64,000 nt of DNA. Origin: Macrostomum lignano (Eukaryota). The DNA lies in assembly GCA_002269645.1 (NCBI GenBank), contig NIVC01000583.1:248001-312000 (forward strand), given 5' to 3'. The position numbers were made by a program, and so were the translations under genes. Shown piece after piece: positions 49,877-61,443 of this stretch. The first letter of the stretch is position 1. The number at the start of each line of letters is the position of its first letter. A model generated the notes under the pieces. That model ran no database searches, had not been told where the DNA came from, and was given only the letters and a program-made list of their open reading frames with translations.

Positions 49877-51501
49877 TTAGTGGCAGTGCTCGGATATGTC
49901 AATGGTAGTGCGGCGGAGCCAGCCAAATAGGAAATAGCCGAGTGTGGAGCCGAGAATGACAGCTAAACAGAGCCAGACAGAGTAGGTCATGAACACCAGC
50001 ATCAGCGCGTAGGACAGGCTGATCTGCAGGGCGTGCAGGCCTGTCTGGAGGGCGTGCGCCCCCGACAGCATGGCGAGATCGCTGAGGAATTTCACAGTTC
50101 AATAAATCGGATTGAATGATGGCTTCTTAAAAGCTGATGTTGTCTCATGTAGATCTACGAGTGTTTATGTCTAATTTGGATATAATGATGCCTAATGTGG
50201 ATCTAATGATGCCTAATGTGGATCTAATGATGCCTAATGTGGATCTAATGATGCCTAATGTGGATCTAATGATGCCTAATGTGGATTTAATGATGTCTAA
50301 TGTTGATCTAATGATGCCTAATGTTGATCTAATGATACCTAATGTGGATCTAACGATGCCTAATTTTCAATCTAATGATGCCTAATTTGGATCTAATGAT
50401 GCCTAATCATGGATCTAATGATGCCTAATGCGAACCTAAATATGTCTAATGTAGGAATGTAGGTGGAGTTGCGCTTGATGTGCATGTGATGACGCTTAAA
50501 ATGATTAAGGATTCTGATCTATTACTGTCTAATGGCGAATAAGAGATCAGTATGTTAATCAAATTAGTTTCTAAGTAGTTCCGTTTCTCTCACCGGCCCT
50601 TGGGCACGTAGGTCTCTGGTTGGGTTCCGTCCGGCACAAAACTGGCGCCGGCGCCGTTCTGACCGGCGCGTCGACCAACGGCGTTAGCAATTAGCAGGTG
50701 CTCGCGCAGCACTTTTAAGCCTTCGTAGAGAGCGGCCAGAACGAATATCACTAGGCAAGCGCCTACCATGCCTGTTAGTTTGCAAAAAATGCAATTAACT
50801 TTAAATATTCAGTACTCGCTACTTTCAGCAGTAGTATGATCAAGACAGAGCACAAATGCAGACATAAATGCTACGTATGAAAACAAGCCACGTACCACCG
50901 GCAATGGTGACTAGGAACGGCTTGAAAAGCACGTAGTCAGATAGCATCGTGTGAAAGTACATCTGGAACGAATGCATCAACTCATTTAACCACCATATAT
51001 TGTAGATGCCTTAGCCTAGTATCCGCTTATAAACATATGATTACAGGATGGTAGTAGACCAGCAACTGAGGATCTGAGAGGCTGGCCCAGCAACTGACAC
51101 TCTTGGAGGCTGGCCCAGCAACTGACACTCTTGGAGGCTGGCCCAGCAACTGACACTCTTGGAGGCTGGCCCAGCAACTGAGGATCTGGGAGGCTGGCCC
51201 AGCAACTGAGGATCTGGGAGGCTGGCCCAGCAACTGAGGATCTGGAGGGTGGCCCAGCAACTGAGGATCTGGGATGGTGGCAGTAGCCCAGCAATTGAGG
51301 ATCTGGGATGGTGGCAGTAGCCCAGCAATTGAGGATCTGGGAGCCGGACGCCCAATGAATGCAGCAAGTTCAGCCCTAGGGTCTCACCATCATCATGTGG
51401 CCGCCAAAGGAGCCGTTTTTGCTAGGCATGGACATGCCTGGCATAGCGGTGTCGGAGTCGGCACCGCCGCCCATCATCATTTTGGCATGGTCGTGGCTCA
51501 T
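49877..51501 (-). CDS. SLC31A1: High-affinity copper transporter CTR1 (SLC31 family), ~187 aa, 4 coding exons
   Basis: Exons 51501-51388, 50962-50896, 50771-50594 and 50081-49877 join in frame over GT-AG introns (phases 0, 1, 2). Met/His-rich N-terminus, MYFH..VLF, LYEGLK..RE, H.LQT.LH..Q..LSY.LMLVFMTY (MxxxM) and C-terminal EHCH. Confidence 0.96.
50175..50440. repeat. 21-bp minisatellite (GATGCCTAATGTGGATCTAAT) in CTR1 intron 3
   Basis: About 12 units. Confidence 0.94.
51050..51345. repeat. Minisatellite of the ACTGAGGATCTGGGAGG family in CTR1 intron 1
   Basis: Units CAACTGAGGATCTGGGAGGCTGGCCCAG, same family as 44980-46340. Confidence 0.92.
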
Positions 51502-52149
51502 GACTGAATCCTTGAAGGCCTGCAGGTACTTGCTATGCAGTTGGGCGGCTTACACAAGCTGCAGTTGCAATAGAGTTTTTAACGGCCTTTAAGTAATTAT
51601 GCTGTATCAAGGCAAAGGTAAATGAGCGAATGAAAACAGTCACACGAACGTGTTAACTGTTCAACTAGAAGTGAAAAAGAAAATGTCAGCGCCAAGGGCT
51701 ACAGTCCTTATCAAGCCGTGCTTCAAGTGTACTGCGCAACAGTACACAGTCAACACTTATTGAATAAAATTAATTAGCTAATACTGCTGTAATTAAAGCT
51801 TCGTTGTGAAACTTATTTTCGGTAGTTGATAATCGCAGCCAATACATGTGTTGTAGACTTGCACAAATTCTATCAAAGGGGAACAGAGTAGTTGATCGGT
51901 AGATGGGAGTTCGATTCTGACCGCGGCAACATTAAGTTGGCATTTCTGCACGAAAACTGGTAGGGGACTTGAGTGCGACTTTTGAATTGCCATTTGGCAT
52001 CCTGGGTCCCAACTCGACAGTCAAAAACTCCAAATCAAATATAGTACTACGAGCTAGTATCTCTATTCTACACTGCTGAGCCTCTCTGACCCACAGAAGC
52101 TGCAGAAAGTCTGCAGACTCAATTCTTAAATATTAATCAAATTTAACAA

Positions 52150-52350
52150 TTTGTACCGTGTCCAAGAGAAGGCTGCCAGGATCATTGGCGACTCATTCAA
52201 GGTTCCATGTAGCCTTAGGAATTTCAGAACTGTTGATGGATTTGCTTTTTTCCATAGACTTCTGCGGGGTCAGGGCTCCAGCGAACTTCAGCAGCTCCTC
52301 CCTTATTTTGCTCCACAGTCGCACTGTGGTCTCCGTTCTAAAAGCAGAGG
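52150..52350 (+). mobile_element. Degenerate CR1/L2-like LINE 3' ORF2 fragment
   Basis: LYRVQEKAARIIGD....SL..FR.V..F..FHR...G..S.EL..L.P resembles the post-RT LxRVQ+RA.RII region. Confidence 0.65.
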
Positions 52351-52569
52351 TGTCTCAAAGACCACCTTGGCTTCTCCTTTCCTTTGTCCTGTTCTCCCTT
52401 CCATCCTCTCCCTTTGTCTTCTTTCACTTCCTATTTACCTTTCGTAGCCACGGGGCACCAATAAAATAATAACAATTGATAAGAGGTCTTGAAATCCCAA
52501 AAACCATCCTCCTAAAACAGATAGGGCGTGCCTGAGTACGTATCCCTGAGTACGAATCGACTGCCTAAA

Positions 52570-52700
52570 AACACTAACTTATGGCGAGATCTCAGCCAAT
52601 TTTCCTGAGCACAAGCCCCGAATTAATGTGGCTGCGGGTGGACTCAAACCCATGGCAATATGAGGCTCCGATAGTCACCCCGCTTTAGATTGTCCTATCC
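52570..52700 (-). mobile_element. Degenerate SINE head related to the 15813/24989 family
   Basis: Minus strand GGTTTGAGTCC (B-box-like) followed by GCAGCCACATTAATTCGGGGC, against GCAGTCACATTAATTTGGGGC in copy 2. Confidence 0.5.
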
Positions 52701-53389
52701 GATTTTAAAGCTTTATCCCTGCCAATAAGATTAAAGATGAAATTGGTTTCCGCAGTCGTGCGGAAACATTGGGCCAATTATTTAAATAACATCCTCCTCA
52801 GACAAAATGCACAAGATTTCACCCAGACCTTTCACATGTAGATAAGACCCTCTCAAGCAATCTAGAGCAACAGTGTCGGAAAATAGAAAGAAACCGTACT
52901 CGTATAAGACCAGAAAACACGCGGGGTTGGACTTGAGAAACAGAACAGATAGGGCTAAACTGGATGCTATAAAAAATAGTCACGAGCCGTTTCGTGACAC
53001 AGCCTAAATTGTTTGAGCAAGTTCTTGCACTCAAAAATGAACTGAGCAGATAAACAAAGGTCTATTCTAAACTTTTCTATTCTTCAACTACAAAAAAAAC
53101 TTTTGTGCCGAGAAAGTAAACTTGGCCTTTGTTAAATTGGCTCTCCAAATACAGAAGTGCTTTTCTATCTGTGTTTGCAGAACTGCACTAAGCTTTATGT
53201 CATTTAGCCTTTTTCATATGCGTTAGCTTAGACACTGGTACGAGAGTCACTCAATAAGTATAATACTGAATCTTTGAAATCAAATATGCTAGGGCTTAAG
53301 AAACTTCACAAACATAGTTTTGGCCAAAACGGACTATGAAATATCAGCCGCAAAGCAAGGCCTGGATCGGCTCCAGAGACAGAGACCAA

Positions 53390-53850
53390 CTGGTTTTCGC
53401 TTCCGGAAGATGTTCGACATCTTCAACAGCTCTTCTAGCTCAGTGGCACTCGTCATGGTGCAAAACGGTAAAAATGTGAATGCCAGCTTTTATTCAAGCA
53501 GTTCTACTAGACGTCATCGCATCAGTGAAGGCAAACCAGCCATCTATCTTCACCAGTCACACAGGCTGCCATGACAACCAACTTTCTGGCTGAAAACAAC
53601 ATCAAGCTTGTTTGACAATCCACCATTCAGTCCAGACCTGGCCCGTGACTTTTGGGTGTTTCTAAAGTTGACAAAAAGGTTGGCCGCGTGTTTAACCATT
53701 AGCACGATCTGACGAGGTGCATCAATTCAGAGCTCAGAGCAATTCCAGCTTCTGAGTACCGCTGTGACTTCTTTCAAGGATGAATTCGGCGCCACCAAAA
53801 GTGCACTGAGAAGGGTGGAGACGACTTTGAAGTATTGTAACATGTTTTAT
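53390..53850 (+). pseudogene. Tc1/mariner (mariner-type) transposase C-terminal fragment
   Basis: Frameshifted motifs KMFDIF, KNVNASFY, FLAENNIKL..NPPFSPDLA..DFWVF.KL (HPPYSPDLAP.DF motif) and terminal KC..EKGGD.FE. Confidence 0.85.
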
Positions 53851-53949
53851 TGTTTCACGTTAACTCTGTTGAGAAAAAATCCCCATTTCAAAGACTTTTC
53901 AGGCGCGATAGAAGAGTTGCACGACTATCCAATATCACTATTGCTGTCA

Positions 53950-54280
53950 CCTGTCTCTCCTTTCGTGACTCTCCCTTTCTTGTGCCTCTTCTCCTCTTCT
54001 CCTCTCGTGTCTCTCTTCTCCGCCTGTGCCTCTTCTCCTCTCGTGTTTCTCTTCTCCGCTTGTGCCTCTTCTCCTCTCGTGTCTCTTGTGTCTCCTCATG
54101 TCTCTCCTCCTCCTCTTGTGTCTCTCCTTCTCCTCATGTCTCTCCTCCTCCTCTCGTATCTCTCCTACTCCTCTTGTGTCTCTCCTACTCTCGTATCTCT
54201 CCTCCTCTTGTGTCTCTCCTACTCTCGTATCTCTCCCTCTTCTTTGGTGTCTTTCCTTCTCCCCTCCTGTATATTCCTTT
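53950..54280. repeat. CT-rich low-complexity tract
   Basis: CTCCTCTCGTGTCTCT-like degenerate repeats. Confidence 0.9.
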
Positions 54281-56794
54281 TATCTATCTCTTTCATGGAC
54301 TAACTAATAAAATCATTCTATGTATCAGATAATCCCAGTTACCATCTTATACGTGCAGAGCTAAAAATAGCATCAGTAGGCAGTGGCCAGTTAGTCTATC
54401 CAGTTCCATAGCAGTACTTGACTGTACTTGCTGCGCAAGCATGTACACCAAAGGGAGAAGAGACGGAACCCACGAGTACGTGGGACAGCGAGCAAAATGC
54501 AAAAGGTCTGGTCTAGTCCAAATAAGGAATCCGCTGGCTTCGAGTTCGCAAGGAAGAAGCTAAATATAGAAATAGGGAAAGAGAACATTAGAGAAGATTA
54601 GAGAAGATAGGCAAATAGATGACAGCACACAAAAAATATCAAGCATCTAAAACCATCCACTTTTTGCAAGCATTTTTTTTCATGTAGCTGTCAAGACTAC
54701 TGAATGGGTAGGTCTACTTGTCTAGAGAAGCAGCAAAGCAGTCAGTCACATGTTTGTGAAAGCTTTGAAACAACAATAAATATCATGCATGCCAGTGATA
54801 AAGATTAAACAGCTAAAGCTGGTCTTGTTGATGAGTTAAAATGAAAAAAACTAGGTTCAGTGATAGAAAACCAATATCTACATCTCACTAAACGAAAAAT
54901 ATTGAAATAACTTATCATTTTTAAGGGGGTCCATGAGAATTGCCCGCAAGTGAATTGCCCGCCGAGTTTTTTCCTGCCGAGGTTTGCCCGCAATGCTTTT
55001 TCCTGCAATGCATTTGGCCACACAGCAGATTTTATCTGCATTGCCCCCATGCTTAGTAAGTCTTTATAAAGGGATTTACCTGATCAAAATGTTTTGATAG
55101 TAACTGCATATCAAATGCATTGTTTTCTTGTAGGTATTCAGTTAGATATACATGCAGGGGTACAATGCGAGCTATGAGTATAATTCATGCATATGCAATG
55201 TCGCTTTGTTCTCTAAATCTCTGCACTGCGGGCGATTCTCGTGCTCCCTTTTTAGTGTGCCAAAGATGCGTCAGCCTACCAATCATTGGCAAACCAATTT
55301 GAGACTATGCTAGGCATAGATGCTTGCTAGGATCAATTTGTTTCATTGCCACTATTGCAATTAACTAGCTTGTAAGCAAAATAATATAACAATGGTGTCA
55401 CATCTGTTCAACTACAAGCTATTAGTAAGTCAATTTAAGATTCAATCAGCATTGTAGTTAACTCTATATCTAAAATCAGCAATTGTGGCAGTTCTAGGAG
55501 TTCCGACCACTTTGCCAAAATCATTTTTGAGCCAATAGATGGATTGATTGTCATGATGATTAGTGTCACTGATGTCAGACATCTATTCTTATACTATTTG
55601 GTGACTCCATTGGTAGATTCTTCCAACTGATAACAGTAAGCAAGCATTGTGCTCTGATGTTTGAAACTATTTTGGAATTTATGCCTTAGTTATAGACTAA
55701 GTTATAAGTACAGTATATGCCAGAAAGTAGTAGTTAAGTATATGCTAGTACATATGTTAGTCAAAAATAAAGCTTGATTTCTTTCAAAAAATCATTGAAA
55801 CATTAATAAAACAGAACTTAAGCATATGTTAATATTATAGATTAGAAAAAACAATTTTTATACTAATTGTAAATATTTTACTAAACTAATTCATTGTCAT
55901 AATATTAAAATTAACATTACTATGACAAAGTGATTGTTTAGCATATTTTAGATGCTGGATGTCATAGACCTCAATGCTTTTATACATTAGCCACAAGCTA
56001 TAAAAAAGTATAGTTAAGAATTTTACACTAATGATTATATACAAGAAAGTTGTATTTCCTGCTTTTACACTTGATATATACTAGCTGGAGCTTTGGCTAG
56101 GTTTTTTGTAGTATATGGATACCATGGCATCCTAACTTTTGTTTTTGCATCCTAGATTTGGACCCCTAATGCCAAATTGACACAATGTTTTTCTAAGGTT
56201 GATGCCTGCTTATCAAACTTGTAACAAATTAAATTATCTGATAGTTGATCTAATGGGATAGAATTCAGTAGAATAGCAATATAGTGCATTGGGAACTTGG
56301 GACTAGGTCAAAGGCTCAAAGTCAAAACAGTGTATGTGGCAAGTTAAAGGTACAGGAATTTTCTTGATTTCAAACATTTTTATTGATCCCACTTAGCATT
56401 GTTGTTTTCAGTTTGGCATTGGGGTTTTGGACCAAGGATGCTAAATGGCACTGCATTTCTAACAGAAAAACCTAGAGTATTTGTATGCTAGAAATATCTA
56501 GCATTTGAGCTATATGAATTTCTATACAATATGCTTTCATATTAAAATGTAGCTATTATTCCATTCATACAATATAAAATACTATATAACAATATATTAT
56601 TAACCATTGGGTACTAATAAATAAGGGTACTAAATCTGCTAGGTATGGATACACTTTAATTTTAATTATTCTTAACTCAATGATATGCTCCTATTTCTTC
56701 ATTTTTTAGGGTTTCCCAGAAATTTTCCAAGTTATTTTTAGACTATAAATTCTAGGTATTGATTTGGCAAAATATAACTTACAATAATAGGCAT

Positions 56795-56964
56795 CATGCT
56801 TAGGCGCAACCTACGGATTCACCCGGCCGTTTCTATTGGCAACACACACATGTAAGTCGCTATTGGACAGAATAGTAGTCACGTGACTGCTCTCAGCCAA
56901 TAGCGACTTATATGTGTGTTGCCAATAGAAACGGCCGGGTGAATCCCTAGGTTGCGCATGTATG
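56795..56964. mobile_element. 170-bp palindromic MITE of the CATACATGCGCAAC TIR family
   Basis: Near-perfect hairpin centred on GTCACGTGAC. Right end GTTGCGCATGTATG, left end degenerate. Perfect 8-bp TSD ATAGGCAT (56787-56794, 56965-56972). Confidence 0.88.
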
Positions 56965-58429
56965 ATAGGCATGAATTTGTTCTTTCATGACCTTAAAACT
57001 AGGTTTTACACTAATTTACAGGTTATTTATATGTTTTCAGGGACTTTCTAGGATTTTTAGATTTTTCTAGTTTATATACACCTTATGAGTATTTCTTTCA
57101 ATTTGAAGACAAAGTCATAGTCAGGGAAGTAGCCTTGGCCACAGAAAATTCTAGGATATATAAGGGCACTTGGCAAATAATCATAGTATACACAGGGGTC
57201 CCTAGTGCACTTTTGTGTTTATTATTTAAACATGAAATTATCTGTTTATTCAGCGTACATTTCAAAATTTTAAACTCTTATAAGATATCCTTATAGTTTA
57301 AGATAAATTTTAAATATTAGTAAAAGAAAAATGAAATAAAAATGCTTAAACATTGTGCAAGCTAAAAAAGTAGATGTTTTTAAGAGTTCAAAAAATTTCT
57401 ATTATAGGCAAATAAAAGTTTGCTATGCAATGTTTTAGCAAAGTAATTTTTGGCAATAAGATATTTCTGAACTTGTAATAAGAGAATTTTCTACTACCCA
57501 GTGGCAATTAAGACTACTTTGTTGAAATCAAAACTTTTTTTTCTAATTTTTTTAAAATGTAGTTTTAGGCTTGGTACTTATTTACTAATTTTATTGCTTT
57601 GTTACTTTTAACATTTTTAACTTCTTTATTTGCAAAGCAAAGGTACTTTTTATTTGTTATTATAACTCTTAATTTGTTTCTTATTTGCTACCTTTGAGAT
57701 AGGAGCAGTTTTCAAAATAGATGGTTATGCACTAGTGCCTAGTTCCCAGTGAGCTCCGCGAAACCCACAAACCCAAATAGATGGGTTTGTGGGGTGAGCG
57801 GAGCGAACGCGCGAGGCACAAAGTGCCGAGCATGAGGAACAAACAGCCAGCCAATGCGCGAAGCGCATTGGGTGGTCTGGCTTGTGACGAATATAATAAT
57901 ATGAGACGTGTGCATCGAAAAAATGACAAGAAAAATCTCACAAAAACTGCTGTAACTTCAAAACTACAAGTGCGAATTTCACAAGTGAGGTGTCATTTTA
58001 AAGAGAAGAATCTGATCTATTTAACGAGTATAGTTTTGTATGGATTCACTGCGGAGAAAAGGAACAGGCTTCAGTTGAAATGTTTGTCTTAAGATTATGT
58101 CTTTACAAAAGTGCATTTCCTCATGCACATTAAAACTCGAGCTAAAAATGTTCGAGGGTTATAGGTGCGCCTTACTAAGATGCATAACATTATTGGGTTG
58201 TTTTTTTCAATTGTATCAAAAAGTTGGCACTTTGGTTGCAAAAAATGCAAAAATTGAAAATGTACTTTTACAGTTTTTTGCATTTTTTTCTATACTGCTA
58301 ATAGTTAAGCATACATACTATGCACCAATTGATGCGCAATTCAAAGATACACAAGTGTGGAAGTTTTCAATTCTTAAACATTTGAAATCAGAAAGTTATC
58401 GACGAAAGACTAAAAATCATGATCTCAAA

Positions 58430-58726
58430 CATACATGCGCAACGTCCAAAATTCGGTCGGCCGTGCGACTTAGTTTTAACAAAAATGCGACGTAGTTTTT
58501 GGCCAAAAATGCGACTTACATGTAAAAAAACCCTAAAGCAAAATTAACGCAACTTTGGGTAAACGGCGGGAGTAACTATGACTGTCTTATCAGGCAAAAA
58601 TGCCTCGTCAGCTACTTAGTACTACTGCGTGGGTATTTTTTGGGTGGGCATTTTTGCGACTTCCTTGGTTGGCTGCCAAATCAGTCGGCCGGATCGGCCG
58701 ACTCGGCCGACTGTTGCGCATGTATG
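58430..58726 (+). mobile_element. 297-bp MITE carrying a 28S rRNA-derived fragment, copy 1
   Basis: Perfect 14-bp TIR CATACATGCGCAAC / GTTGCGCATGTATG. Perfect 8-bp TSD ATCTCAAA (58422-58429, 58727-58734). Confidence 0.92.
58557..58620 (+). other. Fragment homologous to the conserved 28S rRNA segment around the R2/I-PpoI site (not an rRNA gene)
   Basis: GGGTAAACGGCGGGAGTAACTATGACTgTCTTAtcaggcaaAAATGCCTCGTCAgCTAcTTAGT against recalled 28S GGGTAAACGGCGGGAGTAACTATGACTCTCTTAAGGTAGCCAAATGCCTCGTCATCTAATTAGT. Confidence 0.88.
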
Positions 58727-60358
58727 ATCTCAAACTGATTTGAGGAAAAGTGCTCATTATAATTTTTGGAATATGGAAGAAACAATTCAACGCCGTCATC
58801 TAATTCCAAACTAACTGTACTTTAAGGTACTGCGATGATTTTTTTATTGAAAGAGCGAAACCTGTTTAAATATTTGAAAAAATGGAAAAAAAGTACCTTT
58901 TTTCATAGAAATACACTCTTTTGACTGCTTAATCCGATTTCCAACAACAAAATAGTTGCTTTCCTGCTGGTGCAAACCGTTATTAGGGTGAATTTTCAAA
59001 ATTGCATACTGTGCCAAAAGTAAACTGAAGCTTAATATTTATAAACATTAGAAACGGGACCACTAATGGGTATTTTACTTTGGTTACTTACTATGGACTA
59101 AACTGGCACTGGCAGAGACAGATTTGAGAGAAACTAATTGCTCCATTGTATTTGTATTTGGCTCCAGCGTTACAAATTACAATAGCTATTTCGGGGTCTA
59201 ACCGGCTAAGTTATCAAAAAAGCTAGATACCAATCACCAGTTTCATCATCAGCTATACCTACCACGATTTTATAGTCACATGCAACAGTAATACCCTCCT
59301 TTAAAAGTTTTCAATATCTAAAATGATGTGTTAAATTTTATAAAATTTCATAAACAGTGAAATTTTAGCTGTTTACGTGCTGGTGGTTTGAACGTAGCTA
59401 CTTTGTGCGAAAATACACTGTCATTAATACCGTACCTATTATTGTATTTATTGTATTGAAAGTTGATGTGTAAATTGTACTTTTCTATTTTTTTGTCATT
59501 CGTTATCGCACTCGGGCCGGCCTGCCTGCCTTATGGGGTGTGGTGGCCTTGGCCACTTTCTCCCCCTTCTGCTAGGATCCAAAGCAAGCTTTCAAGTGTA
59601 CATTTAATATTATCGATCGATTATTTAAAACAAGCCTCTAGTGGCTGGTGTTGAGAGTGAGTGGCCTTGAGTGTACGCGAAAGCAAGAGGAAGCCCATGG
59701 GCGGACTATATGAACCTTCCTTTAGTGGAAAGTTGGGCCTTGTGCATTGGATAGTGTACGCTACACAAGACAGAAGGTAAAGAGAAAGAGAACGACAGGC
59801 TAGCCAATAGCGATAGCATGTGCTTCTTTCTCTCCAGTCCACTATGGTAGGGGGGGGGAGGGGGTGTCAGACGGCCCAACTCTAACCCCCATACCCAAAA
59901 CAGCGTACATGTAGAATAAGAAGGGATTGGGTCCAGATAAGTCTTCCCAAATGTACATGTATGTACAAAGACAAACACAGACAAGAAAAATGGCTCTAAA
60001 AACCATTGTTATTGTTACACTGTGTGTCTATTTTTATTAACTTGACTTTGACTTGTCTTTACTCTAGCATGGTCAAGGATAATTACTGTTACTTCATACC
60101 TAATTTACAATTAATTGCATAAGATTAAGAAGGAATAATACAATCGAGGTCGAACCCATGATCACTTGACCCACCCACCCATGATCACTTCTGATTCTGA
60201 CCTACATGTATCTACTATATCCTGCCAGTTTCTCCAGTTTTATGGGTCTTGGTGTCGGTGATTCGAGCAATTCCATTACATTTTATCGGTGCAGTGCGTC
60301 TATTAATGCTTAGCTACTTGTATATGTGTTGCAGAACTTATGCTCGTAGTTTCCCTTC

Positions 60359-61443
60359 TAGGGATGTTGACCCCGGGAGTGCTCCCCGGGGAGCTTGTCG
60401 GGGAATACTCTCCGGGGAATTTAACCGGGGACCCTGGGGAGAAAAAATATGAAAAAATGCATTTGTAACTTAATTTTTGCCATTAAAATAAGAAACTGAT
60501 TCACAGAAAGCTGATTGAAACTCTGTCTATGCTCTTTTACCGCATAATTGCTTATTTCAATGCATACATGCACAACCTTCAAAATTTGGTCGGCCATGCG
60601 ACTTAGTTTTAACAAAAATGCGACATAGTTTTTGGCTAAAAATGAGACTTACATGTAGAAAAACCCTAAAGCAAAATTAACGCAACTTTGGGTAAACGGC
60701 AGGAGTAACTATAACTGTCTTATTAAATCAAAATGCCTCGTCAGCTACTTAGCACTACTACTCGGGTATTTTTTTGGGTGGGCATTTTTGCGACCTTCTT
60801 GGTTGGCCGCCAAATCGGTCGGCCGAATCGGCCGACTCGGCCGACTGTTGCGCATGTATGTTTCAATGCATTACATGTATTTGAAACACAACACACGTTT
60901 TATTGTTTTTTCACTAATAAGTCATTCAATCAAGCAAATTGCACGTAGAAAAGAAACCCGTCAGGAAAAAGAAGCCTTACTGACTAGTGACTGCTGTGTT
61001 GGTCTGCGTTGACGGCTTGACGCAGGCGCAGCGCTGCGTCATGCGTCAGGCACTGACGCATAGGGGGGTGTCATACATATACTCCCTATTAGACAAGGAC
61101 AAAATGGTGATTTACATATATATGCAAGAAATAAAATTCCAATTATAAAAACAGTCTCATTCATTAATTATCCTCTCACGAGCGTAGCTGTTTAGCATGC
61201 ATTCCAACAAATGCACTTTTCCGATAAAGGTGCGCGCACGATTTCGTGATGCCACATTGTCAAATACAGTTTAAAAAAACATTGTTTAAAATTTTTACCC
61301 CTGCGCCTTGAACATGTAGTACAAAGCTTAAATCAAAGTTTAAAAAATTCCACTTACAATCTAAGTGATCCGCCGTTTTTACTTATTTTTTCTTTTCACC
61401 GGGGTCCCCGATAAGATAATTCCCTGGGGAATCGACATCCCTA
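60359..61443. mobile_element. Non-autonomous hAT-like element (TAGGGATGT termini) hosting the second 28S-MITE
   Basis: TAGGGATGTTGA / TCGACATCCCTA termini, CCCCGGGG subterminal repeats, TTCCCTTC on both flanks (offset by 1 nt on the right). 5' end repeated at 63761. Confidence 0.75.
60563..60860 (+). mobile_element. 298-bp MITE carrying a 28S rRNA-derived fragment, copy 2
   Basis: TIR CATACATGCACAAC / GTTGCGCATGTATG. Perfect 8-bp TSD TTTCAATG (60555-60562, 60861-60868). 28S-like core at 60690-60752. Confidence 0.92.

Noticed and set aside
57764-57793. Perfect 12-bp hairpin CCCACAAACCCA-N6-TGGGTTTGTGGG as a Helitron 3' end or terminator
   Set aside because: No CTRR terminus follows it and no matching 5' TC end was found. 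Bacterial-type terminators are irrelevant here.
58557-58620. A true 28S rRNA gene or rDNA unit
   Set aside because: Similarity covers only ~64 nt, is bounded by MITE TIRs and TSDs, and is mutated in an invariant region.
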